A stretch of DNA of 64,000 nt from an uncultured Gemmatimonadales bacterium (GTDB lineage Bacteria; Gemmatimonadota; Gemmatimonadetes; Longimicrobiales; Gaopeijiaceae). Under the pieces are notes generated by a model. That model saw only the letters and a list, made by a program, of their open reading frames with translations. It was not told where the DNA came from and made no database searches. Made by a program: the position numbers and the translations under genes. The stretch's first letter is position 1, and the number at the start of each line of letters is the position of its first letter. Where the stretch lies: contig CAWGKG010000022.1 of assembly GCA_963823035.1 (NCBI GenBank), forward strand, positions 1 to 64,000, written 5' to 3'. Of the stretch, positions 1-11,914 are shown in pieces.

Positions 1-882
1 GTCGACCTGCGCTGCGCGATCGACTGGACGCCCTTCTTCCAGACGTGGGAGCTGAAGGGCGCGCACCCGGACGATCCTCGACGATCCCGCGGTGGGCGAG
101 CAGGCCCGTTCGCTCCTGGCGGACGCGGAGGCGATGCTCGACCGCTTCCAGCGGGAGGGGGTGCCCACGCCGCGCGCGGTCGTCGGCCTGTTCCCCGCGA
201 ACGCGGTGGGCGACGACGTCGAGCTCTACGCGGACGAGGACCCGTACCGGGACCGCCGCCGTGATCCGCGGCCTCCGGCAGCAGTTCGCCAAGGACGGGC
301 GCGAGAACATGTGCCTCGCGGACTTCGTCGCGCCCGAAGGGGTCCGGCGTGGCCGACTGGGTCGGGCGCGTTCGCGGTCACCGCGGGCTCGGTGGACGCG
401 CTGGTGCGCGCCTTCCAGGCGGAGCACGACGACTACTCCGCGATCCTCGCGAAGGCCGTCGCGGACCGTCTCGCCGAGGCGCTGGCCGAGTGGGCGCACC
501 GCCATGTGCGCCGCGAGCTGTGGGGCTACGCGCCCGCGCGAGGATCTCTCGAACGAGGACCTGGTCGCGGAAGCCTACCGCGGCATCCGCCCGGCGCCCG
601 GCTACCCGGCCTGCCCCGACCACACGGAGAAGCGCACCCTCTTCTCCCTGCTGGACGTCGAGCGCGCGCATCGGCGTCCGGCTCACGGAGAGCTGCGCCA
701 TGGATCCGCCCTCCTCGGTGAGCGGCTGGTACTTCGCGCACCCGTCGGCCCGCTACTTCGGCATCGGCCGCCTCGGGCGGGATCAGGTGGAGGACTACGC
801 GCGCAGGAAGGGGATGGCGCTCGAGGAGGCGGAGCGCTGGCTGTCACCGAACCTCGGCTACGAGCCCGGAGGCGAGGCATGA
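1..882 (+). CDS. metH: Cobalamin-dependent methionine synthase, C-terminal activation domain (partial, frameshifted)
   Basis: Pieces across frames: [78 protein letters not shown]. The TGA at 880-882 overlaps the next ATG. Confidence 0.93.
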
Positions 883-2726
883 GGGCCCTGCTGGAGGACG
901 GACGCGTCCACGTGTTCGACGGCGCCATGGGGACGCTGCTCTACGGGCGCGGTGTCTTCGTCAACGTGTGCTACGACGAGCTGAGCGTGACGCGCCCGGA
1001 GCTGGTGCGTCGCATCCACGAGGAGTATGTGGCCGCCGGCGCCGAGATCCTGGAGACCAACACCTTCGGGGCCAACCCGGTGAAGCTGTCGGCCTACGGC
1101 CTCGACGCCCGCACCGGCGAGATCAACCGCGCCGCGGTCGCGCTCGCGCGGGAGGCGGCACGCGATCACGCGTACGTGGCGGGCGCCATCGGCCCCCTCG
1201 GCGTGCGCATCGAGCCGTGGGGCCCCACCTCGACGGAGGAGGCGGAGGAGCTGTTCGGACGGCAGGTGGAAGGCCTCCTCGAGGGTGGCGTGGACGGCTT
1301 CGTGCTCGAGACCTTCTCCGACCTGCACGAGCTGGCGTGTGCGCTGCGCGCCGTGCGTGCCCGCTCCGACCTGCCGCTGTTCGCTCAGATGACGGTCGCG
1401 CAGGACGGGAAGACCTCCTATGGCACGGAGGCTCGCCAGCTCGGCGTGGGCCTCACGGAGCTCGGAGCCGACGTGGTCGGCCTCAACTGCTCGGTCGGCC
1501 CGGCCGTGATGCTCGACGCGATCGAGGAGATGGCGGAGTCGACGCCCCTGCCGCTCTCCGCGCAGCCGAACGCCGGGCTGCCGCGCACGGTCGGGGACCG
1601 GAAGATCTACATGGCGAGCCCGGAGTACCTCGCGCAGTATGCGCGCCGGATGATCGACGTGGGCGTGCGCTTCGTGGGTGGGTGCTGCGGGACGACGCCC
1701 GAGCACGTGAAGCGGATGCGCGACGCGGTCACGGCCATGCAGCCGCGTCACGCCAGTGTGAGCGTCCCCCGGGTGCATGCGGACCGGACCCCTCTCGCCG
1801 AGGCCGTGCCGCTCGAGCTGCGATCCGCGTGGGGGCGCAAGCTCCAGCGGGGGGAGACCGTCGCGTCCGTGGAGATCCTCCCGCCGCACGGGTGGGACAA
1901 GAGCCGGATCGTCGCGCCGGCCCGTCAGCTCAAGGTCGCCGGTGTGGACGCGATCAACATCGTGGACACCTCGCGTGCGCAAAGCCGGATGGGCGCGGTC
2001 CCGGCGGCGCTGATCGTCGAGCGCGACATCGGCATCGAGACGGTCGTGCACTACACGTGCCGCGACAAGAACATGCTCGGGATGATCTCCGACCTGCTGG
2101 GCGCCGCGGCCGCGGGGCTGCGCAACGTCCTCCTGGTGAGCGGCGACCCACCCGCCATGGGCCCGTATCCGGACACCACGGCGGTCTTCGACATCGACTC
2201 GATCGGGCTGACGAACGTGGTGTACGGCCTCAACCACGGCGTGGACCCCGGGGGCGGCTCGATCGGACCGCCCACCGAGTTCGTGATCGGCGTGGCCGCC
2301 AACCAGGGTGCGCTCGACCAGGGCCGCGAGGTCAGCCGATTCGCCTACAAGGTCGAAGCCGGCGCCGACTTCGCCGTCACGCAGCCCGTCTTCGACGCCG
2401 ACTCCCTCGAGCGCTTCCTCGAGCGCGTCGCCAAGTGGCCCCTCCCGCTCGTGGCCGGCATCTGGCCGCCGCTCAACCTGCGCAACGTGGAGTACCTGGC
2501 CAACGAGGTCCCCGGCGTGATCGTGCCCCAGACGGTGGTGGACCGCATGCGCCACGCCGAGGAGTCCGGCCCCGAGGCCGCCCTCGCCGAGGGCGTCGCC
2601 ATCGCCTGCGAGATGATCGAAGCCGTGAGGCCGTTCGTGCAGGGCTTCCACATCAGCGCCCCCGCCGGCCGGGTCGACGTGGCGTTGAGGGTGCTCAGGG
2701 AAGGAGGCGTCCGCGCCACGGCGTAG
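879..2726 (+). CDS. yitJ: Bifunctional homocysteine S-methyltransferase / methylenetetrahydrofolate reductase (YitJ-like)
   Basis: [39 protein letters not shown], then an MTHFR domain (VEILPP, HYTCRD, VTQPVFD). ATGA overlap with metH. Confidence 0.92.
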   Translation: MRALLEDGRVHVFDGAMGTLLYGRGVFVNVCYDELSVTRPELVRRIHEEYVAAGAEILETNTFGANPVKLSAYGLDARTGEINRAAVALAREAARDHAYVAGAIGPLGVRIEPWGPTSTEEAEELFGRQVEGLLEGGVDGFVLETFSDLHELACALRAVRARSDLPLFAQMTVAQDGKTSYGTEARQLGVGLTELGADVVGLNCSVGPAVMLDAIEEMAESTPLPLSAQPNAGLPRTVGDRKIYMASPEYLAQYARRMIDVGVRFVGGCCGTTPEHVKRMRDAVTAMQPRHASVSVPRVHADRTPLAEAVPLELRSAWGRKLQRGETVASVEILPPHGWDKSRIVAPARQLKVAGVDAINIVDTSRAQSRMGAVPAALIVERDIGIETVVHYTCRDKNMLGMISDLLGAAAAGLRNVLLVSGDPPAMGPYPDTTAVFDIDSIGLTNVVYGLNHGVDPGGGSIGPPTEFVIGVAANQGALDQGREVSRFAYKVEAGADFAVTQPVFDADSLERFLERVAKWPLPLVAGIWPPLNLRNVEYLANEVPGVIVPQTVVDRMRHAEESGPEAALAEGVAIACEMIEAVRPFVQGFHISAPAGRVDVALRVLREGGVRATA

Positions 2727-2781
2727 CGAGTGGAGGAGCGACGCGGAGCCCGGACCCCGCACAACCCAAGAGCCCACAACC

Positions 2782-3651
2782 CTACACCCGGGCGAGAATC
2801 CGACCCAGGCGCCGTCCGGCGTCTCGGCTCCCCAGGTTGCTCACGTACACCTTCTCCGCCCCCAGGCGACCCAGCGCGCGGATCGTGCGCGCGCAGATCT
2901 CCTCCGCGTCCACGCCGGCCGCGAACTCGCGCGTGATCTCCTCCGCGGGCACCGGGAAGAACTCACCGAGCATGCGCAGGGTCTCGGGGTTCGCGCTCCG
3001 GTAGAAGAAGACGCCGAAGACGACGGGGATGTCCCGCCCCGAGCGGGCGTGCGCCTCGAGGAAGTCGGCCACGCGCGGCACCGCGTGGTGCGAGACGATC
3101 TGGGCGAGGGCGAACTCCGAGAACGCATCCTCGGCGGCGAGATAGCCGATCTGCTCCACCGGGTCCTTCAGGGGATTGACCCACCCCCCCAGCGTCAGCT
3201 CGGGCGCCCGCTCCCGCACGAGCTCGCGCAGGTCACGGGCGTGCGGCACGCAGCGCGGCGGCCCGACCGAGCGATCGCCGCCGAGCACGGTGAGCGCGTC
3301 GTAGCCCTGCGAGGCGGCCCGCGACGCGAACATCAGGCAGTAGTCGAGCGCGTGCTTCGCGGTGAGGATGGGCACGATCCGCCGCCGGTCCACGTCCTCC
3401 CCTACGTTGGCGCCCACGTGCGCGAGGTTCTCCTCCTCGGCGGCCCCCACCGCGTTGTCCGTGAGGAAGACGAAGAGGTCGTCGCGCGTCAATCGGCGCA
3501 GCGTGTGGTGGAGGTCGATCCACGCGGACATCCCGTCGCTGCGGTCGAGGTCCGAGCGGGGCGGGCGCAGCTCGACCGCGACGAGCGGTCCCGGTCGACG
3601 AAGCTCCTCCAGCAGCAGGCTGCCTGCGGGCGCGCCGGGACGGCGACGGGC

Positions 3652-3655
<4 letters not shown>
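2782..3655 (-). CDS. Divergent MTHFR-like flavoprotein (N-terminal indel)
   Basis: Upstream in-frame VAVELRPPR; LTDNAVG; LTVLGGD; LAQIVSH; IPVVFGVF. The GTG overlapping the pepP stop is one base out of frame. Confidence 0.6.
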
Positions 3656-4986
<1,331 letters not shown>

Positions 4987-5100
4987 GGCTCGCAAGGTAG
5001 CCCGCCGACCCGGCGACGCAGAAGTGGCCCTGCGCCGCGAACCCGCCGCCGTCGCCGCGGGGGGGGCGGCGCGAATCACGCGGATCCCCTAACGTTGCGT

Positions 5101-6832
5101 ATGCACCGGATACGGATCGCCTCCTCCCTCGCGATCGCCGCCGCGGCACTCATGCTCGTGGTGCGCCCCGCCTCCGCGCAGGTCGTTCGCGGGACCGTCG
5201 TCGAGGCCGGCACGGGCACGCCGGTCCAGGGGGCGATGGTGATCCTGATGGGCGACCGTGGCCAGGTGATCCGCCGCGTTCTCGCCGACGAGGAAGGCGG
5301 GTTCATCACCCAGGCGGAACGGCCGGGGCCCCACACGATCCGCGTCGACCGCATCGGCTACGAGAGCCTCACCACCGCGTCGTTCGACGTGCCGATCGAG
5401 GGGATCGTGCAGCGCGTCGAGGTCCCCATCCGCCCGGTCGAGCTCGTCGGGCTGGACGTGGAGGGCTCGCGGCGGTGCTCCGTTCGCGCCGAGCAGGGGC
5501 GTGCGACGGCCCGCGTCTGGGAGGAGGCGCGCAAGGCGCTCCAGGCCGCCGCCTGGACACTGAGCTCCGGGCGCTATCACTACACCCTCCTCCAGTTCGA
5601 GCGCAGGCTCGACCCCGACGGCCACAGGGTCCTGAGCGAGAAGAGGAACTTCGTGCGCAGCACGGGGCAGGCCCCGTACGTGAGCGCCCCGATCGAGGAG
5701 CTGACCGACCGCGGCTTCATCCGTGGGAACGAGGACGGCACGGTCACGTACTTCGCCCCCGACGCCGAGGCGTTCCTCTCGGACGCCTTCCTCGACGACG
5801 CACTGCATGCGCCTCGAGGGCGTGCACGACGGGATGGTGGCGCTCGCCTTCCAGCCCATCGCGGGACGCCGCGTGCCGGACATCCGGGGCACGCTGTGGA
5901 TCGAGGCCGCCACCGCGACCCTGCGCCGGCTCGAGTTCCAGTACGTGAACCGTCCGGAAGAGCACGAGCGCGGCGCGGCGGACGGCCAGGTGACCTTCGG
6001 CAGCCTCCCGAACGGCGCATGGGTCGTGCGTGACTGGAGCCTGCGCCTCCCCATGCTGGGCCGGCGCGCAAACCGCTCACGAACGTTCGTTCTCGGCTAT
6101 CTCGTGCAGGGGGGCACCGTGTGGCGCGTGACGCGCCCGGACGGCACGACGGTTCTGGAGGCCGCGACCGCCACGGTGTCGGGCAGCGTCGTGGACTCGC
6201 TGGAGAGCGGCCCCGTGGGCGGAGGACGTGTCCGGAGCGAGGACGATCCCGAGAGCGCCGGGGCCCCCGTCGGCGGCGACGGCAGGTTCATCCTCGCGGG
6301 ACTTCCGCCGGGCGAGCAGACGGTGAAGGTGCACCATCCCTCGCTCGATACCCTCGGCCTGGGACCCGCCTCCTTTCCGGTCGAGGCGAAGGAGGGGGAG
6401 ATCGCGTCCGTGCGCCTCCGGCTCCCGGGCGTGCGCGAGATGCTGACGGCCGCCTGCGCCGACGACGACGGCGGGAGCGCCGGTGCGGCGATCCTCGGCC
6501 GGGTCCTCGACGGTGGGCGCCCCGCCGCCGGCGCGCTCGTGCGCGTGCGGCTGCGCGGCAGCGGTCCGGCGGCGTTCTCGCTCCTCTCGCGGGCGGCGCC
6601 CCTGCGCGGGGATCGGGAGGGGCCGCTCTGGAGCACCGACGCACAGGACGAGGGGTGGGTGGCGACCACGCTGGACGAGCGCGGTATCTTCCTCCTCTGC
6701 GGTGTGTCGCGCGGCGCGCGGCTCCTCGTGCAGGTCGGCCTCGGTCAGGCGGCCTCGGGCGAGCGGATCGTGGAGGTCGGCCGCTCCGACGACGCCCTCG
6801 TGGTGACCCTACCGATCAAGAGAGGAAGGTAG
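5101..6832 (+). CDS. Secreted protein with carboxypeptidase-regulatory-like domains (frameshift near 5800)
   Basis: Signal peptide (PASAQ), VRGTVVEAGTGTPVQGA, RIGY; second half lies in ORF 5723..6832. Confidence 0.7.
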
Positions 6833-6836
6833 CCGT

Positions 6837-8956
6837 TTGATCCCATGCGGCAGGGTGGGCAGCGTCCGTGCGGACGTGCCCGGATGGATGCTCGCGGCCC
6901 TCCTGGCGGTCCCCTTGGGCGCGCCCGGGAGCGTGGCCGCACAGACGGAGCCGGACTCCGCAGTCGCGATCGAGCCGATCTTCGTGCGCGTGCTCAGGAG
7001 CACGAGCGGGGCCGGGAGTCCCTACGCGGTCTCGGTCGCGGCGGGAGGCGAGCTCCAGCGCGCCAACCCCGGGGCCTTCCTCGAGGAGACGCTTCGCTCG
7101 ATCCCCGGCCTCCAGATCCAGAATCGCTTCAACCTCGCGTCGGGCGAGCGCGTGGCGATCCGCGGGTTCGGCTCGCGCGCGCAGTTCGGCATCCGCGGCG
7201 TGCGCGTCCTCGTCGACGGCATCCCCGCCACCCTCGCCGACGGCCAGACGTCCATCGATCACCTCGACCCGGGAGCGCTGGGGCGGGTGGAGCTGCTGCG
7301 CGGCCCCGGCTCGTCGTTGTACGGCAACGCCGCCGGCGGCGTTCTCCACTTCGAGTCGCGCCGACCCGCGCCGGGCGGCCCACAGCTGGAGGCGCGCTCC
7401 GCGGTGGGGTCGGACGGCCTGCGCACGCTCCTCGGAGGTGTCTCGGGCACCGCGAACGGGATCGGCTACCGCGCGACCGCCTCCCGCTTCACGTACGACG
7501 GCTTCCGGCGCGATCCCGTGGCGGACGACGGCAGCGCCTACGGGCGCCAGGCGCGCACGATCGTCAACGGCATCGTCGACATCCCCGTCTCGTCCGGGAC
7601 GCTCCGCTTCGTCGCCAACGGACTGGACATGGCGGCGGCCAACGCGGGATCCCTCTCCTCGGAGCTGCTCGCGGAGGGAGACCGCCAGGCGTACCGCTTC
7701 AACGTCCTCCAGGATACGCGCGAGGACGCGCGCCAGGCTCAGGCCGGCGTCACCTGGACGGGCTCCGTCGGGGCGTTCGACGGCGAGGTGTCGGCATGGG
7801 GGCTCCACCGCGACTTCGAGGGGCGCATCCCTTCCGACGTGGTCGGGTTCGACCGCAACGCGGGTGGCGCGCGCGCCCTCTTCCGCGGGACGAGGGAGAC
7901 CGGTGCCGGAGCGCTGTCTCTCGGCGGGGGGGTGGAGCTCGAGCTGCAGCACGACGATCGGCAGAACTGGGCGAACGAGCGGGGCGACAAGGGCGCGCTC
8001 ACGCTCGATCAGCTCGAGCGGGTACGCGGCACGGGCGCCTTCGTCCAGGGCCGCCTGGAGATCCGCCGGGAGCTCTCGGTGCTCGCAGGGCTGCGCTGGG
8101 ATCGCTCCCACTTCCAGGCGGACGACCGCTTCCTCTCGGACGGCGCGGACGACTCCGGCGCACGCGCGATGCAGGCGCTCAGCCCGTCTGCGGGCGTGGT
8201 GGTACGTCCCGCCACCGGGTTTGAGGTCTACGGGTCGATCGCCACCTCCTTCGAGACACCCACCACCACGGAGCTGGGCAACCGCCCGGACGCGGCCGGG
8301 GGCTTCAACCCGGACGCTCGATCCCACGAGGGCACGGACCGTGGAGGGCGGCGTCCGCGCACGGCTCGCGAGCGCGTGGAGCGTGGAGGCGTCGCTCTTC
8401 CATACGGCCCTGAGGGACGAGCTGGTGCCCTTCGAGGTGCCCTCCTCCCCCGGGCGGACGTTCTACCGGAACGCGGGTCGCTCGCACCACAGCGGGTGGG
8501 AGCTGTCCGTGGAGGGGCGGCCGTCACGGGCCGTGTGGACCCGCGTGGCCTGGACGCGCGTCGACGGGCGCTTCGACGCCTACGCCACCGACGCGGGGAG
8601 CTTCGCGGGGAAGCGCATCCCCGGCCTCGCTCCCTGGCGCCTGGACGGCACGCTCACGCTCGAGCACGGTCACGGATTCCTGGAGGTGCGCGGCCTCTAC
8701 CAGGACGCGGTCCCCGTGGACGACGGCAACGAGAGCGCCTCCCCGCCCTACTTCCTCGCCGACCTTCGCCTCGGATTCGACCGGCTCCGCGCCGGCGACG
8801 CGGCGATGGCGCCCTACGTGGCCGTGGCCAACGCGCTGGACCGGGGCTACAACACCTCGGTGGTGGTGAACGCCTTCGGCCGTCGGTACTACGAGCCGGG
8901 TCCGGGGCGGACCCTGGAAGCGGGCATGCGCGTCGTGCTGGGCGGCGCCAGACTAG
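6837..8956 (+). CDS. TonB-dependent receptor (frameshift near 8315; 3' end approximate)
   Basis: Plug motifs IRGFGSR, VLVDGIP, RVELLRGPGSSLYGNAAGGV; C-terminal NALDRGY..YEPGPGRT. Confidence 0.88.
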
Positions 8957-9876
8957 CCGCCGGTGCGACCGGGTTGGCGGCCGGCGCACAGCGACAGGTC
9001 CCGCACCACGGCCAGCGCGTTGACGACGGGCCGCTCCCCGGCCTCGTCGGAGGGGTGGTTCTGCGCCGTGCCGAGCACGACCATCACGGACGAGCCGCCA
9101 CCGTCCAGGTTGAGCGCCTCCGCCGCGCCGAGTGCTTCCAGGAGCGTGGCGAGCTCGGGCAGACTCATCCCCACGGAGTACGGCGCCTGCCTCCCGTCCA
9201 CGACCACGAGCCAGAGCCGCTGCGAGTCGGGGTCGTACGCGACGGCGGTGCGCGGCTGACGGGACGCGGCGAACGTCGGCTGATCGGCGACGCCCAGGTC
9301 CCCCACGCGCTTTCCCCCGTCCAGGAGCTCGGGGTATCCGCCCACGGCCTCCGTCTGGCCGTCGCCTTCTCCGATCGGGACGGGCCATCCGACCTCGAGC
9401 GTATCACCCACGACGAGGGCGCTCCCCACCCACGGGGGCCCGCCGGGTCGCCACGCGAGCGCCGGACGACGGCGCGCCACCGTCACGCGTCCGTGCGCGA
9501 CCTCCGAGCCGATCGCGCCTCCCTCGGGCGTGAAGAAGTCGGCGTTGACCGCGGCGAGCACGCCGCGCGGAGCGCGCGCGACCATCGACGTCACGGCCTC
9601 GTGCCCCTGCCCTCCCGCCTCGCGGCTCTGGGCGCGCAGCGTCTCCAGCGCGAGGTCGCAGCGCGAAAGGTCGGCCTCGACCACGTGCACGGCCCACGGC
9701 CCCTCCTCCGACCACAGATACCGATACCAGACGCCGGCGCCGATCCGGGCGCTCCGCACCGTGTCGGGGCGCAGGAGGTCGAGCACGGGGGTCGGAATCC
9801 TGTCCGCGAGGGCCGGCGGCGTATCCGGCGGGGCGCACGCCGCGAGGGCGAGCAACGTACCCAGCGACGCGATCAA
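8953..9876 (-). CDS. Phosphodiester glycosidase (NAGPA/DUF2233) family lipoprotein
   Basis: Lipobox LAAC, AAVNADFF, PRTAVAY, VVDGRQ, ALNLDGGGSS. Start approximate. Confidence 0.85.
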   Translation of the reverse strand: MIASLGTLLALAACAPPDTPPALADRIPTPVLDLLRPDTVRSARIGAGVWYRYLWSEEGPWAVHVVEADLSRCDLALETLRAQSREAGGQGHEAVTSMVARAPRGVLAAVNADFFTPEGGAIGSEVAHGRVTVARRRPALAWRPGGPPWVGSALVVGDTLEVGWPVPIGEGDGQTEAVGGYPELLDGGKRVGDLGVADQPTFAASRQPRTAVAYDPDSQRLWLVVVDGRQAPYSVGMSLPELATLLEALGAAEALNLDGGGSSVMVVLGTAQNHPSDEAGERPVVNALAVVRDLSLCAGRQPGRTGG

Positions 9877-9927
9877 GGCGCGCCCCCCGTGGACCGTCCT
9901 GCGCCCTCTGTCTATACTCCGGCTTCC

Positions 9928-10446
9928 ATGGCTCGATCTGCACACACGCTCCGCCGCGCCGCCTCCGGCGCCCTCCTCCTGGCTCTCCTGGCCTGCGGGG
10001 CCGATCGGCTGTCCGCGCAGGGCAGCGGGACCGGCAGCCGCGTGCGCGTCGGCGTCACCTTCGGGGGGATCAGCACGGTCGGGCTGAGCGTCGAGTACGT
10101 GCACGAGCACAGCAGCCTCGACCTGACCGTGGGCACCTGGTCCTTCCGCGACGTGAGCGCCGCCGTGGTCGTGCGCGAGTACTTCGGCGCCGGCGACCTC
10201 CTCCCCTTCGTGGGCGCGGGGCTGTGGCTGGTGGGTGCGCACCCGTCCGGAGAGCGGACGGGCTTCGCGGCGGTCCTGCATGCGCCCATCGGACTGGACT
10301 GGCAGGCGCTCGACAACCACTTCCTGGGCCTGGCCATGAACGTCAACCGCGCCCTGTGGGTGCGGCGCACCGATCCGGAGGACGACCTCCCGATCAACCG
10401 CAGGCTGGTGCCGCTCCCCGGCGTCTACTACCGCTGGGGCAGGTAG
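9928..10446 (+). CDS. Small outer-membrane beta-barrel protein
   Basis: Signal peptide, alternating amphipathic strands, aromatic C-terminus YYRWGR. Confidence 0.6.
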   Translation: MARSAHTLRRAASGALLLALLACGADRLSAQGSGTGSRVRVGVTFGGISTVGLSVEYVHEHSSLDLTVGTWSFRDVSAAVVVREYFGAGDLLPFVGAGLWLVGAHPSGERTGFAAVLHAPIGLDWQALDNHFLGLAMNVNRALWVRRTDPEDDLPINRRLVPLPGVYYRWGR

Positions 10447-10466
10447 CCTCTTCCGGTCGATCGGGC

Positions 10467-10721
10467 TCACCACTCGTCGGGCTCGTCCCAGCTCTCGGAC
10501 CAGAAACGACGCTCTTCCTCGTCGATCTCGTCGTAGTCGAGGGGCTCGTCGTCCTCCGTGACGAGGACCCCGCGCTCCAGGATCGAGCGCACCGCCGCGT
10601 CGTCCACCAACGGACGTGGAGTCCGCAGGCGGCGCCGGATGCGCACGCGCAACTGGATCCCCTGGGCCACCATCAGGCCCACGAGGAACGCGAAGAGGAG
10701 CGCGAAGGTGAACGAGAGCAT
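10467..10721 (-). CDS. Small membrane protein with acidic tail (84 aa)
   Basis: MLSFTFALLFAFLVGLMVAQG transmembrane segment, then DDEPLDYDEIDEEERRFWSESWDEPDEW; starts 5 nt after the thrC stop. Confidence 0.7.
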   Translation of the reverse strand: MLSFTFALLFAFLVGLMVAQGIQLRVRIRRRLRTPRPLVDDAAVRSILERGVLVTEDDEPLDYDEIDEEERRFWSESWDEPDEW

Positions 10722-10726
10722 CCGGG

Positions 10727-11914
10727 TCAATCCAGGGGTTCTGTGCCCACGTACTTGAGACCGCTGCCCGTGATGAAGAGCACGACCTCGTCGTCCGGCG
10801 AGATCAGCCCTTTCTCCATCAGCATGGGGACGGCGGCCGCGGTGGCGCCACCCTCCGGCGCCGCGAAGACGCCGGTGTCGGCGCCCAGCTTGTATACCCA
10901 CTCCTTCATGAGATGGTCGGGCACCGCGGCCGCGCCGCCCCCCGACGCCCGCAGGGCGCGCAGGATCAGGAAGTCGCCCACGGCGCCCGGCACGCGCAGC
11001 CCGGAAGCGTACGTGGTGGCGCCCTGCCAGCTCTCGGCGCTCTCCTTCCCCTCCTCCCAGGCCCGCACGATCGGCGCGCAGCCTGCGGCCTGCACCGTGA
11101 ACATCTTCGGCCGCTCGGAGCCGATCCACCCGAGCTGCTCCATCTCCTCGAAGGCCTTCCACATGCCGATGAGGCCGGTGCCTCCGCCGGTGGGATAGAC
11201 GATCGCGCCCGGGAGCCGGCCACCGAGCTGCTCGAACAGCTCGTAGCCCATCGTCTTCTTCCCCTCGACGCGGTACGGCTCCTTCAGCGTCGACAGGTCG
11301 AACCACCCGTGCTCCTCGACGCCCTTGCGCACGACCTTGCCGCAGTCCGTGATGAGGCCGTCCAGGAGTTGCAGATCCGCGCCCAGCGCGGCGATCTCCT
11401 CGAGGATCGGCGCCGGCGTGTCGTTCGGCACGACCACGTGCACGGGGAGACCGGCCGCGGCGCCGTACGCGGCCGCGGCGCTGCCCGCGTTCCCGGCCGA
11501 GGGGAGCGCCAGCTCCTTCGCGCCCAGCTCGAGCGCGCGGGACACGGCCAGCCCCAGACCGCGCGCCTTGAAGGAGCCGGTCGGGTTCTGTCCCTCGTCC
11601 TTCAGCCACACGCGGGCCACGCCGAGCCGCGCTGCCGTGCGCGGCGCGTCCAGCAGCGGCGTCCACCCCTCCCCCAGCGCGACCTGACAGCTGCGGTCGC
11701 GCACGGGGAGCACCTCCTCGTAGCGCCACAGGTCGGCACGCCGGCCCGCCACGGCCTCGGGGGTGAAGCGTCCGCGGATGGCATCGAGGTCGTAGCGAGC
11801 GAAGAGCGGCTTCCCTGCGGGCGACAGGCCGATGAGCTGCTCGCTCTCGTAGCGTTCGCCGGTACCGGTGCACTCGAGGTGCGTCGCGCCCGGAAGGCGC
11901 GTCGGGTCGGTCAT
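10727..11914 (-). CDS. thrC: Threonine synthase (PLP fold II)
   Basis: LGEGWTPL, KDEGQNPTGSFKARG, SAGNAG, YRVEGKKT, YPTGGG, ITGSGLKY. Confidence 0.85.
   Translation of the reverse strand: MTDPTRLPGATHLECTGTGERYESEQLIGLSPAGKPLFARYDLDAIRGRFTPEAVAGRRADLWRYEEVLPVRDRSCQVALGEGWTPLLDAPRTAARLGVARVWLKDEGQNPTGSFKARGLGLAVSRALELGAKELALPSAGNAGSAAAAYGAAAGLPVHVVVPNDTPAPILEEIAALGADLQLLDGLITDCGKVVRKGVEEHGWFDLSTLKEPYRVEGKKTMGYELFEQLGGRLPGAIVYPTGGGTGLIGMWKAFEEMEQLGWIGSERPKMFTVQAAGCAPIVRAWEEGKESAESWQGATTYASGLRVPGAVGDFLILRALRASGGGAAAVPDHLMKEWVYKLGADTGVFAAPEGGATAAAVPMLMEKGLISPDDEVVLFITGSGLKYVGTEPLD

Noticed and set aside
45..2726. 893-aa ORF suggesting a MetH-YitJ fusion
   Set aside because: The N-terminal part hops between metH frames; metH ends at TGA 880-882 and yitJ has its own overlapping ATG at 879.
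6868..10446. 1192-aa ORF as a giant receptor fusion
   Set aside because: It is a chimera of the shifted TonB receptor C-terminus, the antisense of the NAGPA gene and a separate outer-membrane protein.
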